Below are positions 9,780-19,018 of a stretch of DNA of 64,000 bases, in pieces. The stretch's first letter is position 1. Each line of letters starts with the position of its first letter. The notes under the pieces were generated by a model, which saw only the letters and a list, made by a program, of their open reading frames with translations, was not told the origin of the DNA and ran no database searches. The translations under genes were made by a program, and so were the position numbers. Source of the DNA: Candidatus Poriferihabitaceae bacterium. Its GTDB lineage: Bacteria; Pseudomonadota; Gammaproteobacteria; Arenicellales; Poriferihabitantaceae. Location: NCBI GenBank assembly GCA_965206445.1, contig CBDBJR010000002.1, positions 1,065,422 to 1,129,421 on the forward strand, given 5' to 3'.

Positions 9780-10178
9780 ATGAAAACGTGCAAGAAATGT
9801 GGAAGCCATGATTTTGGCACTTGGACATCCGCATCACGTGGCACAGTTCATTACTACTGTCGGAGTTGTCGGCGCAAACGAGCGGCTACATATACCGCAA
9901 GAAAACTTCACAATGGTGGTACTCATACTCAGTCACAATGGTTGAAGAGGCTGAAGGAATATGATCGGTGTCCTCGATGCAAACGGGTCTGGCACGAAAT
10001 ATCACCACGCCCTGATAGGCGATATCGGTATGTTTGGACAAAGGATCATATCCTCCCATTGACTCGGGGAGGAACAGACGACATCATCAACATCCAGCCT
10101 CTCTGCTATCAATGCAATTCCTCAAAGTGTGATGGAAGGCAAAAAAAACCCGAACCATATATGTCTCGCGGTGGTTAG
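9780..10178 (+). CDS. HNH endonuclease with N-terminal zinc-ribbon-like Cys pairs
   Basis: MKTCKKCGSHDF...YYCRSCRR...CPRCKRVWH...KDHILPLTRGGTDDIINIQPLCYQCNSSK (H-N-N core). ATG at 9780 is preferred over the upstream ATG at 9711. Confidence 0.8.
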   Translation: MKTCKKCGSHDFGTWTSASRGTVHYYCRSCRRKRAATYTARKLHNGGTHTQSQWLKRLKEYDRCPRCKRVWHEISPRPDRRYRYVWTKDHILPLTRGGTDDIINIQPLCYQCNSSKCDGRQKKPEPYMSRGG

Positions 10179-10598
10179 CGCGTGGTGACAACTGCCTGAG
10201 CGACTTCCTGCGATAATAGAAATATCCACCGGCACAACAGGAAATCACGCTCTTAATGCAGTCTCGGCAATAGTGACTACGCTACAGGCTGTTAGCTGTA
10301 TTTGTGTTACTGATCGGCATAAGGCAGGCGCTACTCATAACGCCATTGACCAACAATCGACGCAATATCGATTATTTAGGCATGGTTGAATTGCGATAAC
10401 AGCGACACCGCAAGCTGTTTTATTGAAAAAACGGCGAATTTGCAGAAAAAAGTCAAAATTATGATGAATATTGCTAATAATATAGGAAATGTGGAATATC
10501 TGCAGGGCGGATTCAGCCGCTAAAAAACGCATTTTGCATGGCGGCGGTTATCTGATATAGTGGACGGCAATCTTTAACACTCCGAAGAGGTGAATCCA

Positions 10599-11870
10599 AT
10601 GATACACAGAACCGTTCCCGCGAAAAGACGCGAATTTCTCCGCCAGGCGTCGGTGGCGGCCGCCACCGCGAGTTTTCTCCCCAGGCTGGCGTTTTCGGCC
10701 AACCACACCCTGACCGTCGGCATGAACATTCCGATGACCGGCGACTACGCCCCCTGGGGGCTGCCGGGTCTGTATGGTTGTGAAATCATCGTCAACAATA
10801 TCAATGCCGCCGGCGGTGTTGCCATCGGTGGCGAGACCTACAATATCCGGCTGGCGTCCTATGACCACGGCTACGACACCGAAAAGGCGCTGCAGGGCTT
10901 CAAGAAGCTGGTGCTGCAGGATGACGCCAGTATGGTGATGATGCTGGGTGGCTCGACCGTGGCGGCGGTGTTGCCCTGGGCGACGCGCAAGAAGGTGCTG
11001 ACGACGACGTTGCTGCCGAGTGATATTACGCCGGACTCGCGTTATCTGGTGGCCACCTGCGAGTCTCACCCGCTGTATAACGTCACCGGTGTGGAATGGC
11101 TGGCGCAGCAGCATCCCGAGGCGAAAACCGCGGCCATTGTGACCAATAACGATGTCGAATACGGTCAGCAGTCCGCCGCGACGTATAAGGCGGCGTTCGA
11201 GGTGGCCGGCATCGAGGTGGTGGATACGCATCTGCACGGCTTTGATGTGACCGATTTCGCGCCTGTCGTGAGCGCGTTGCTGGCGAAAAATCCGCAGATT
11301 ATCTGTATGGCCACCAGCTTCTACGTCACCCCGATCATGGAGCAGTTATACCATCAGGGGTACAAGGGCAAAATCATTTCCTGCACGCTGGATTACTACG
11401 ATGAGATCATCGCCAAAACCAGCCAGGACTTCGTCGACGGTACGATCTACCAGTTCCCGGATTTCGATGATCCGAAACTGCGCCAGGCCGGAGTGAATTT
11501 CCCCGACCCGGCCGGCTTTGACGCGGCCTTTCGCGCGGCGCACCCGAATGACTGGTCGGCGGTCGCCTGGGAGTACCCGGCCATTCTGCTGAACTGGCTG
11601 GAGGCCGCCAAAGCCGCCGGCAGTACCGACAGCGAAGACGTGCTCAGCGTCCTCAAGAGCACCCGGCAGGATTTTGTCTTCGGCGGTGGCGGCTGGTGGG
11701 GTGCCGAGTTGTGGGGGCTTGACAACGCGCTGGTCGGGCGCTGGCCGGTGGTGAAAATTGTCGATGGCAAGGCGCGCATTCAGGCCTTCGGCGACGTCTC
11801 CGCCTGGCTGGCGAAACACAAGTCGGTGCTGATCCGGCACATGAAAGAGTTCGGTCTGCGTACGGTATAA
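10599..11870 (+). CDS. ABC substrate-binding protein, LivK/branched-chain amino acid (Peripla_BP_6) family, Tat-type signal
   Basis: MIHRTVPAKRREFLRQASVAAATASFLP, then a type-I periplasmic binding fold. ATG 10599 lies 8 nt after GAGG. First gene of a 5-gene HAAT-type operon. Confidence 0.8.
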   Translation: MIHRTVPAKRREFLRQASVAAATASFLPRLAFSANHTLTVGMNIPMTGDYAPWGLPGLYGCEIIVNNINAAGGVAIGGETYNIRLASYDHGYDTEKALQGFKKLVLQDDASMVMMLGGSTVAAVLPWATRKKVLTTTLLPSDITPDSRYLVATCESHPLYNVTGVEWLAQQHPEAKTAAIVTNNDVEYGQQSAATYKAAFEVAGIEVVDTHLHGFDVTDFAPVVSALLAKNPQIICMATSFYVTPIMEQLYHQGYKGKIISCTLDYYDEIIAKTSQDFVDGTIYQFPDFDDPKLRQAGVNFPDPAGFDAAFRAAHPNDWSAVAWEYPAILLNWLEAAKAAGSTDSEDVLSVLKSTRQDFVFGGGGWWGAELWGLDNALVGRWPVVKIVDGKARIQAFGDVSAWLAKHKSVLIRHMKEFGLRTV

Positions 11871-11893
11871 CCGGGGAGCGATTCCCGCGCACC

Positions 11894-12763
11894 TTGGAAC
11901 TGCTGATCCAGTCGGTCGTTAACGGCCTGATCCAGAGCGGTTTCTTTGCCCTGGCGGCGGTCGGGCTGGTGCTGATCTTCGGCGTCATGGGCGTGGTCAA
12001 TTTCGCCCATGGCGAGTTTGTCATGGTCGGCGCCTATACCGTCTGGTTGTTGCATGCGCAATACGGCCTGCCGTTTTTGCCGACCATCGTCGTCGCCATG
12101 GCGACGGTCACCGCGATTGGCCTGCTGATGGAGTGGTGGCTGTTTCGACCGATGCGCGCGGACCCTCTGGGTGGGTTGATCTGCTCCATCGGCGCCTTGT
12201 TTATCCTGCAGGTCGTCGCCACGGTGGTGGGCGGTGGCGGCCCCTCCAAGCAGGTGCCGCCGCCGTTTGAAGGCACCCTGGTATGGTTCGAGTTCGTGCG
12301 CATTCCTTACCAGCGTCTGTTCAGCATCACGGTATCGGTGGCGGCGCTGGGGATGCTGTGGTATTTCCTCACCCGCACCCGGTTGGGCTGGGCGTTGCGC
12401 GCGGTCTCGCAGGATCGCGAGGCGGCCGCCCTGCAGGGCATCAACAGCGACCGGGTGTCTCTGCTGGCCATCGGCGTCGGCGCGGCTCTGGCGGGGTTGG
12501 CCGGGGCGCTGCTGGCGCCGCTGACCAATATCAACCCGCACATGGGGCACAACGTCATCATTACCGCTTTTATCGTCACCATCGTCGGCGGCGTCGGCAG
12601 CCTGTCCGGCGCGGTCATTGCCGCGATTCTGTACGCGCTGCTGCATACCTTCATCACCACCTACTTCAACGGCACCATCGCCACCATCTGCGGCCTGCTG
12701 ATCATGGTGCTGGTGCTGATTGTCCGGCCAAGCGGTATCACGGGCGTTCGGGTGAGCGAATAG
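11894..12763 (+). CDS. Branched-chain amino acid ABC permease (LivH-like)
   Basis: 289-aa multi-TM ORF with the N-terminus typical of LivH (LLIQSVVNGLIQSGFFALAAVGLVLIFGVMGVVNFAHGEF). TTG start. Confidence 0.85.
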   Translation: MELLIQSVVNGLIQSGFFALAAVGLVLIFGVMGVVNFAHGEFVMVGAYTVWLLHAQYGLPFLPTIVVAMATVTAIGLLMEWWLFRPMRADPLGGLICSIGALFILQVVATVVGGGGPSKQVPPPFEGTLVWFEFVRIPYQRLFSITVSVAALGMLWYFLTRTRLGWALRAVSQDREAAALQGINSDRVSLLAIGVGAALAGLAGALLAPLTNINPHMGHNVIITAFIVTIVGGVGSLSGAVIAAILYALLHTFITTYFNGTIATICGLLIMVLVLIVRPSGITGVRVSE

Positions 12764-13746
12764 TGGACCCCGGCGCGCCCGTTTCCCGCCGCGTCGGGGC
12801 GACCGCCGGCCTGCTGGTTGCATTGCTGGCCGGATTGCTGGTATTGCCGCATTATCTGGCCTACCACCATCAGGACTTCCTGATTTTCCTGACCATCAAC
12901 GTGCTCGTGGTGTCGAGCTACCGGCTGGTCACCCTGAGCGGCGAATGGTCCCTGATCCACGCCGTCATGATGGGGGTCGGCGCTTATACCAGCGCCATCC
13001 TGACGCGCTATTTCGATTTGCCTTTCTGGCTCGGCCTGCCCCTCGCCGGGCTGGTTGCCGGCCTGGTTGCGGCGCTGTTATGCGTGCCGCTGTTTCGCAT
13101 GACCCGGTTTTACTTCCTCATCGGCTCGTTCGCCGCCGGCGAAGCCATCCGGTTATGCTGGATCCATTTCATCAAACCCTTCGGCGGCACCGGTGGCATC
13201 AGCGCGGTGCCGCCGCCGGAGTGGGGGAATATCGATTTCCTCGAGCCGATTGCCTATTTTTATCTGGTACTCGGCGTCGTCAGTATCTGCCTGTGGCTGC
13301 TGTACCGCATCGAAAAATCGCGCATCGGCCTGACCCTGCACGCGATTCACTGGCAGGCTCCGCTGGCCGAATCGGTCGGCGTGAACGCCTGGCATTACCG
13401 CTCCCTGTCGTTCATCACGGGTTCGCTGTTTGTGGCGCTTGCCGGCGCGCTCAAGGTGCATTACATCGGCACCGTGACGCCCAAGCAGTTTGATATCGGC
13501 TTCATGGTTTTTATTCTCATCTGGGTCATCGTCGGTGGCTACAAGACCTTCTACGGCGCGATCCTGGGGGCGGTGATTCTGTCGGTCCTGGATGAGGTTC
13601 TGCGCCAGTTCGACCAGCTGCGACCGGCGCTTTACGGCATTATTTTGATCCTTTTTATCCGTTACCTGCCGGGCGGCCTCGAGAGCCTGCCGCAAATCCT
13701 CATGCGGTGGGTGCGGCGCGCAAGCCGACGGCCCGGGAAAGCCTGA
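12763..13746 (+). CDS. Branched-chain amino acid ABC permease (LivM-like)
   Basis: GTG at 12763 overlaps the livH-like stop (TAGTG). Multi-TM body follows (YRLVTLSGEWSLIHAVMMGVGAYTSAIL...). The track ORF 12283-13746 carries a spurious 5' extension inside the previous gene. Confidence 0.8.
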   Translation: MDPGAPVSRRVGATAGLLVALLAGLLVLPHYLAYHHQDFLIFLTINVLVVSSYRLVTLSGEWSLIHAVMMGVGAYTSAILTRYFDLPFWLGLPLAGLVAGLVAALLCVPLFRMTRFYFLIGSFAAGEAIRLCWIHFIKPFGGTGGISAVPPPEWGNIDFLEPIAYFYLVLGVVSICLWLLYRIEKSRIGLTLHAIHWQAPLAESVGVNAWHYRSLSFITGSLFVALAGALKVHYIGTVTPKQFDIGFMVFILIWVIVGGYKTFYGAILGAVILSVLDEVLRQFDQLRPALYGIILILFIRYLPGGLESLPQILMRWVRRASRRPGKA

Positions 13747-14504
13747 TGGCGTTGCTCGAGGTACGCGACCTGAGCAAGCGGTTTGGCGGCCTGACCGCTC
13801 TGGACGGGGTCAGCTTTGACGTTGCGGATGGTGAGATTCACGGCCTGATTGGTCCGAACGGCGCCGGCAAAAGCACCCTGTTCAAAAATATCGCCGGGTT
13901 CTATCGGCCGACCGGCGGCGATATCCGCTTTGACGGGCGCAGCATCAAAGGACTCAAACCGTCGCGCATCGCCGCCGCCGGTCTGGTGCGCACCTTCCAG
14001 GAAGCCACCTTGTTCGCGCCGCTCAGCGTGTTTCAAAACGTCCTGGTCGGCACCCATAACCAGGCGCGGACGAATATTTTTTCGGCGCTGTGCGGCCTTG
14101 ACCGGCGGGTGCAGCGGCGCGCCCGGGAGGCCGCTCTGGAGATGCTCGATTTTATCGGGCTGTCCGAGCGCAAGGCGCAGCCCGCGGCGGAGCTGCCGCT
14201 CGGTAGCCAGCGCGCCCTGGCGATCGCCATCGCGCTGATGTCCCGCCCGCGGCTGATACTGATGGATGAGCCGTTCGCCGGCATGAATCCGCAGGAAACG
14301 CAGCGGATGATGGGATTGACGCGCAAGATACGCGAAACCGGCGTCACCATCGTGCTGGTCGAGCACGATATGCGCGCCGTTATGGGCCTGTGCGATCAGC
14401 TTACCGTGCTCAACTTCGGCTCCCGGCTGGCCGGTGGCTCGCCGCAACAGGTGTGCGACGATCCTGCGGTCATCAGCGCCTATCTCGGCGGCGGGCGGGC
14501 ATGA
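13746..14504 (+). CDS. ABC ATP-binding protein (LivG-like)
   Basis: MALLEVRDLSKRFGG..., Walker A GPNGAGKST, signature LPLGSQRAL, Walker B LILMDEPFAG. The ATG overlaps the previous stop (TGATG). Confidence 0.9.
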   Translation: MALLEVRDLSKRFGGLTALDGVSFDVADGEIHGLIGPNGAGKSTLFKNIAGFYRPTGGDIRFDGRSIKGLKPSRIAAAGLVRTFQEATLFAPLSVFQNVLVGTHNQARTNIFSALCGLDRRVQRRAREAALEMLDFIGLSERKAQPAAELPLGSQRALAIAIALMSRPRLILMDEPFAGMNPQETQRMMGLTRKIRETGVTIVLVEHDMRAVMGLCDQLTVLNFGSRLAGGSPQQVCDDPAVISAYLGGGRA

Positions 14505-15208
14505 AACTGTCGCTGCGAAACCTGGTCGTGCAGTACCACAACGTACTCGCCCTGAAGGGGGTCAGCCTCGAGGTGCCGGACGGCGCCTTCATTACCCTGA
14601 TTGGCGCCAACGGCGCTGGTAAAAGCACCACGCTGCGGACGATTTCCGGCCTGGTGAAGCCTCGTCAGGGCGTGATTGAACTGGACGGCAGACGCATAGA
14701 CCACCTGAGCGCCGACCGCATCCTGTGCGCCGGGGTCGCGCACGTCCCTGAAGGGCGGCGGGTTTTCAAGGACCTGAGCGTGCAGGAAAACCTGCTGCTG
14801 GGTGCGTATGTCCGGCGTGACCGGGCGCAGGTGCAAACCGACCTGCAATCGGTTTTCCAGCGCTTTCCCAGGTTGCGCGAGCGCGCCGCCCAGCAGGCCC
14901 GTACCCTGAGCGGCGGCGAGCAGCAAATGCTGTCTATCGGCCGCGCCCTGATGTCCCGTCCCAGGGTGCTGTTGCTCGACGAGCCGTCGCTTGGGCTGGC
15001 GCCCATCATCGTGCAGGAGATCGGCGGCATCCTGCGCGAGATCAACACCCACGGCGTGACCGTCATACTGGTGGAACAAAACGCCGAGCTGGCACTGCAA
15101 CTGGCGGATTACGCCTACGTGCTGGAAACCGGCGCCATCGCCCTGCACGGTGAGGCCTCCCGACTGGCCGATGATGTGCATGTGAAGAAGGCCTATCTCG
15201 GCCTCTAG
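14501..15208 (+). CDS. ABC ATP-binding protein (LivF-like)
   Basis: MKLSLRNLVVQYHN..., GANGAGKST, LSGGEQQML, LLLDEPSLGLAP. ATGA overlap with the previous gene. Confidence 0.9.
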   Translation: MKLSLRNLVVQYHNVLALKGVSLEVPDGAFITLIGANGAGKSTTLRTISGLVKPRQGVIELDGRRIDHLSADRILCAGVAHVPEGRRVFKDLSVQENLLLGAYVRRDRAQVQTDLQSVFQRFPRLRERAAQQARTLSGGEQQMLSIGRALMSRPRVLLLDEPSLGLAPIIVQEIGGILREINTHGVTVILVEQNAELALQLADYAYVLETGAIALHGEASRLADDVHVKKAYLGL

Positions 15209-15627
15209 TCGGCCCGGCGTCGATCACCGCTTCCGGTGAGCCTGTCGGCGCCGTTACGCACTATATCCTCAACCGGCACCGGTCTGTCGCCGCCGTGTTT
15301 CGATGGCGGTTTTGGTGTCATCGCCATTCAACCTGACGGTGTTCAGCGCCCCGCCGATGGTCTTTCGCCGACGCCAGTAAGCCGCATACCGTGTCGGCTG
15401 GCAACCGGAGGATGGCCTTATGGACAAGGCTGGATACGTGCTACACTGGCCGCCACAGAGGGTTGCGAACGCACAACAGCAAGCCAATCCCGGGAACCCG
15501 ATGCAAACCGGTGCCCGGCAGGCTTGCCGGTGTGCATATATGAAAATCAATCGCCTCCCGAATTGCTCGTGCGCGGTTATACGCAATCTGATGTATGCTT
15601 TTCTCGAATCAAACAAGTTGAGCAATC

Positions 15628-16137
15628 ATGCCGAACATTATCAAGCGATATGTGGCGTTGATCGACAGGGTGAATTTCCTGGTCGGTCGCGCAACGATGT
15701 TTTTAATCTTTGCGATGATCGGGGTTTTATTTTATTCTTCCATTTCGAAAACCTTCTTCTTCCCTTCTTTGTGGACCCTTGAGTTTGCGCAGTTTCTGAT
15801 GGTGAGCTACTTCCTTTTGGGCGGCGCATACTCCATCCAGCTCAGGGGCCATGTGCGGATGGATTTACTGTATAGCCAGGGATCGGAGAAAACAAAATAT
15901 ACAGTGGATGCCTGTACGTCGCTGTTTATGATTGCCTATCTTGTCATGCTGCTCTACGGCAGCCTTTCCAGCTTGCAGTATGCGATCGAGTACGGCGAGC
16001 GCAGCTATTCGTCATGGCGACCGTATATGTGGCCGGTGAAATCGGTTATGTGTACGGGCATCGTTTTAATGCTGCTACAAGTGATCGCACAGTTCTTTAA
16101 GGACCTGGCGGCGACTATGGGGAGATCGTTGTCATGA
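15628..16137 (+). CDS. TRAP transporter small permease (DctQ-like)
   Basis: 169 aa with 4 predicted TM segments. Immediately followed by, and overlapping, the large permease gene. Confidence 0.8.
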   Translation: MPNIIKRYVALIDRVNFLVGRATMFLIFAMIGVLFYSSISKTFFFPSLWTLEFAQFLMVSYFLLGGAYSIQLRGHVRMDLLYSQGSEKTKYTVDACTSLFMIAYLVMLLYGSLSSLQYAIEYGERSYSSWRPYMWPVKSVMCTGIVLMLLQVIAQFFKDLAATMGRSLS

Positions 16138-17456
16138 GCTATGAGGCGATCGCCCTTGCCATGTTTCTCGGCATGATGGGCATGCTGTTGACCGGGCAGC
16201 GCGTGTTTGCTGCGATTGGCTTTGTCGCAGGCATTGCCGCACTGTTTTTATGGGGTGGCGGCGGCTCGGAGTTGCCGTTTAGTGCGGCCATGAAGTTGAT
16301 GAAATGGTATCCGTTGATGACCTTGCCGCTGTTCATCTACATGGGATACATCATGTCGGAATCGCGCATCGCCGACGATTTATACCAAATGTTTCATGTC
16401 TGGATGGGCCCCATTCACGGCGGGCTGGCAATCGGGACGATTGCGTTAATGGTCGTCATATCCGCGATGAACGGCCTTTCGGTTGCCGGCATGGCAATTG
16501 GCGCGACGATTGCACTGCCGGAATTGCTGCGCCGCGGCTATAACAAGGTGATGGTGACGGGCGTGATTCAAGCGGGCAGTTCGCTCGGCATCCTCGTGCC
16601 GCCAAGCGTCGTGCTGGTTCTCTATGGCATGATCGCGCGCCAGCCGGTTGGCCAACTTTGGCTTGCGGGCGTTTTCCCCGGCTTGATGATGGCCGGTTTA
16701 TTCATCGCCTACATTGCGATTCGCTGCCGACTGCAACCCGGGTTGGGGCCGCCGTTGTCAAAACAAGACCGCGATGTGTCATGGAGCAAAAAACTGTCAT
16801 TGTTAAGAGCGGGCATTCTTCCGCTGTGTATTTTTGCCTCCATGACCGGGTTGTTTCTTACCGGCGTAACCAGCCTGGTGGAAAGCTCGGCGGTGGGCGC
16901 GACGGTCGCCACATTCGCTGCGCTGATAAAAGGCCGGCTGACGATAAAAGTCATGGAAGTAACATTGCGCAAGACGCTGGAAGTCACCTGCATGTTTATG
17001 TGGATTATCATGGCCGCACTTTGTTTCGGTGCGGTATTCGACGGGCTTGGTGCAGTCAAAGCGATTGAATCGGTTTTTATTCATTCACTGCATCTGAGTC
17101 CGTGGGAAGTTCTCATTATGATGCAGCTCTCGTACCTTGTAATGGGCATGTTTTTGGATGATACGGCGATGCTCATTATTGTCGCGCCGCTTTATGTGCC
17201 GCTGGTCGGCGCCCTGGGCTTTGATTTAATCTGGTATGGCGTCCTGTATACCATCACGTGCCAGATTGCCTACATGACCCCGCCTTTCGGGTACAATCTG
17301 TTTTTGATGCGCGCTATGGCACCGCCGGAAATTTCACTGGGCGATATTTATAAATCGATTATTCCATTCGTGCTGGTGATGGTTCTCGCGCTTGGGGTCA
17401 CGATGATTTTCCCGGAGGTGGCGCTGTGGCTGCCGCGCTGGCACTATGCACAATAA
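16134..17456 (+). CDS. TRAP transporter large permease (DctM-like)
   Basis: 440-aa polytopic membrane protein of DctM-family appearance. ATGA overlap with the small subunit gene. Confidence 0.85.
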   Translation: MSYEAIALAMFLGMMGMLLTGQRVFAAIGFVAGIAALFLWGGGGSELPFSAAMKLMKWYPLMTLPLFIYMGYIMSESRIADDLYQMFHVWMGPIHGGLAIGTIALMVVISAMNGLSVAGMAIGATIALPELLRRGYNKVMVTGVIQAGSSLGILVPPSVVLVLYGMIARQPVGQLWLAGVFPGLMMAGLFIAYIAIRCRLQPGLGPPLSKQDRDVSWSKKLSLLRAGILPLCIFASMTGLFLTGVTSLVESSAVGATVATFAALIKGRLTIKVMEVTLRKTLEVTCMFMWIIMAALCFGAVFDGLGAVKAIESVFIHSLHLSPWEVLIMMQLSYLVMGMFLDDTAMLIIVAPLYVPLVGALGFDLIWYGVLYTITCQIAYMTPPFGYNLFLMRAMAPPEISLGDIYKSIIPFVLVMVLALGVTMIFPEVALWLPRWHYAQ

Positions 17457-17578
17457 ATTCGAGCGCGGCCGAATTGAAACCGTTTTTTTGAACGCGATAC
17501 TGTCGCAGGATTTCCAGGCAATACGCACGCAGTTAACCTGCAAATTTAATTTTCACATAACCAAGAGGTAAAAATATT

Positions 17579-18634
17579 ATGGCTATCAGTACCAATCGAC
17601 GTAAATTCCTTAAAACGGCTGGCACCGCAACCGTCGCCGGCGCGGCCACGCTGGCCGCCCCGGCAATACATGCTGCTGAGCCAATCAAATGGCGTTTCCA
17701 GACGTATGCCGGTTCCGCATTGGGGCAGTTTGTCAGCAAGCCCATCATCGATGCAATCAATGTGGCCGCAAAAGGCGAGCTGGAGATCGAGCTTTTTTAT
17801 GCCGACCAGCTGGTACCGACAGGCGAATTATTCCGTTCTCTGCAGAAGGGCACCATCGATGCCGTGCATTCGGATGATGATTCGATGGCGGCACCGGTGG
17901 AGGTCGCGGTGTTCGGCGGGTATTTTCCGCTGGCGACACGGCACGCGCTCGATGTTCCCGTGCTATTTCACCAATACGGCCTTGCCGATATTTGGTCGCA
18001 AGCCTACAAAAAGGCCGGTGGCGTCGTATGGTTATCTGCCGCCGGGCAAGACCCTTGCAATTTCAACACCAGGAAAGAGATCCGAAACCTGGATGATCTG
18101 AAAGGTCTGCGGCTGTATACCTTCCCCACGGCCGGTCGCTTCCTGTCGCAATTCGGTGTGGTACCGGTGCAGATTCCCTACGAGGATGCCGAAGTTGCAG
18201 TGCAGACAGGCGAGCTGGACGGCATGGCATGGTCGGGGATCACCGAGGATTACACCGTTGGCTGGGCGGACGTGACCGACTACTTCCTGACCAACAATAT
18301 CTCCGGGGCGTGGATCGGCTCGTTCTATGTCAATGAGAAGCGGTGGAGTGATTTGCCCGCACACTTGAAGCAGATTGTGATGTCGTGCATCGAGAGCGGT
18401 CACTTCTTCCGCAATCAGTGGTATTTCGGCGGTGAAGCGAAGCTGCGCGCCGAGGGAACGAAACTAAAAGTGCGCTCCATTCCGGCTGATCAATGGCGGG
18501 AAGTGGAAGTCGCGGCCGCAAAATTCTGGGATGAGATTGCCGAAACCGGTGAAGTTGCGCAGCGCGTTGTGCAGATATTCAAAGACTACGACGTGATTCG
18601 CCAAAAAGCCGGCGGTATTTACACCTGCGGTTAA
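17579..18634 (+). CDS. TRAP transporter substrate-binding protein (DctP-type) with Tat-type signal
   Basis: MAISTNRRKFLKTAGTATVAGAATLAAPAIHA, then a periplasmic binding body. Adjacent to the TRAP Q/M genes. Confidence 0.8.
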   Translation: MAISTNRRKFLKTAGTATVAGAATLAAPAIHAAEPIKWRFQTYAGSALGQFVSKPIIDAINVAAKGELEIELFYADQLVPTGELFRSLQKGTIDAVHSDDDSMAAPVEVAVFGGYFPLATRHALDVPVLFHQYGLADIWSQAYKKAGGVVWLSAAGQDPCNFNTRKEIRNLDDLKGLRLYTFPTAGRFLSQFGVVPVQIPYEDAEVAVQTGELDGMAWSGITEDYTVGWADVTDYFLTNNISGAWIGSFYVNEKRWSDLPAHLKQIVMSCIESGHFFRNQWYFGGEAKLRAEGTKLKVRSIPADQWREVEVAAAKFWDEIAETGEVAQRVVQIFKDYDVIRQKAGGIYTCG

Positions 18635-18650
18635 CTGCGGCAATGAAGAT

Positions 18651-18678
18651 AAAGGGCGGTCTTATGGCCGCCCTTTTT
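18651..18678 (+). terminator. Rho-independent terminator after the TRAP operon
   Basis: AAAGGGCGG-tcttatgg-CCGCCCTTTTT: GC-rich stem (GGGCGG/CCGCCC) followed by T5, 17 nt after the stop codon. Confidence 0.7.
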
Positions 18679-19018
18679 ACCTGTGCAGCGTGGAAAAACG
18701 GCCAAAGGAAGCGCAGAAATAGTTGGTTTAACCCCGGCTCTTCGGAGAAGAGGAGGACGATTACCACGGCATGGAGCATGGCCGGGATGAAGTTGCAGCA
18801 AGGCAGCCCCCTAAGGGAGCCCGAGGCCGGATCGCCGCCTGACAACAGATTCGGGGGCGGAGCGTTCACCCCATCTGCCCGGACTGTTCATCTTCATTTT
18901 TAACTATACTTCCATAGATATATTTCTATACTATAAACAGGTGCCCAATGGCTGAAAATAGAGTATTGTCTTTACTCATCCTGTCCATAATTCTGTTTTT
19001 GAACACAAGGCTAATTCA

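Noticed and set aside
12283-12762. 5' extension of the 487-aa track ORF overlapping the LivH-like gene.
   Set aside because: The extension is Arg/Gly/Pro-rich nonsense lying out of frame inside livH. The LivM-like membrane protein begins at the GTG at 12763, which overlaps the livH stop.
15209-15627. 419-bp non-coding gap between the Liv-type and TRAP operons. It was examined for a riboswitch, sRNA or gene relic.
   Set aside because: No recognisable riboswitch core, no convincing promoter/terminator pair and no protein-like translation in any frame. Only small generic hairpins are present (e.g. CCGGCA-ggct-TGCCGG). It would need cmscan/Rfam to say more.
18679-18900. GC-rich structured-looking stretch upstream of the phosphonate genes (contains GGAGG-rich segments and a CCGCC...GGCGG pairing), considered as a possible leader RNA or riboswitch; also an 86-aa ORF at 18643-18903.
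   Set aside because: I could not match it to any riboswitch consensus I know (cobalamin, glycine, SAM, TPP). The ORF has no RBS or family signal. Left unannotated.
18981-19000. Pho-box-like sequence CTGTCCATAATTCTGTTTTT upstream of phnX.
   Set aside because: The CTGT half-sites are spaced 12 bp apart instead of the canonical 11. The site also lies only ~20-35 nt from the ATG, leaving no room for a -10 element and 5' UTR. It may be chance in an AT-rich region.
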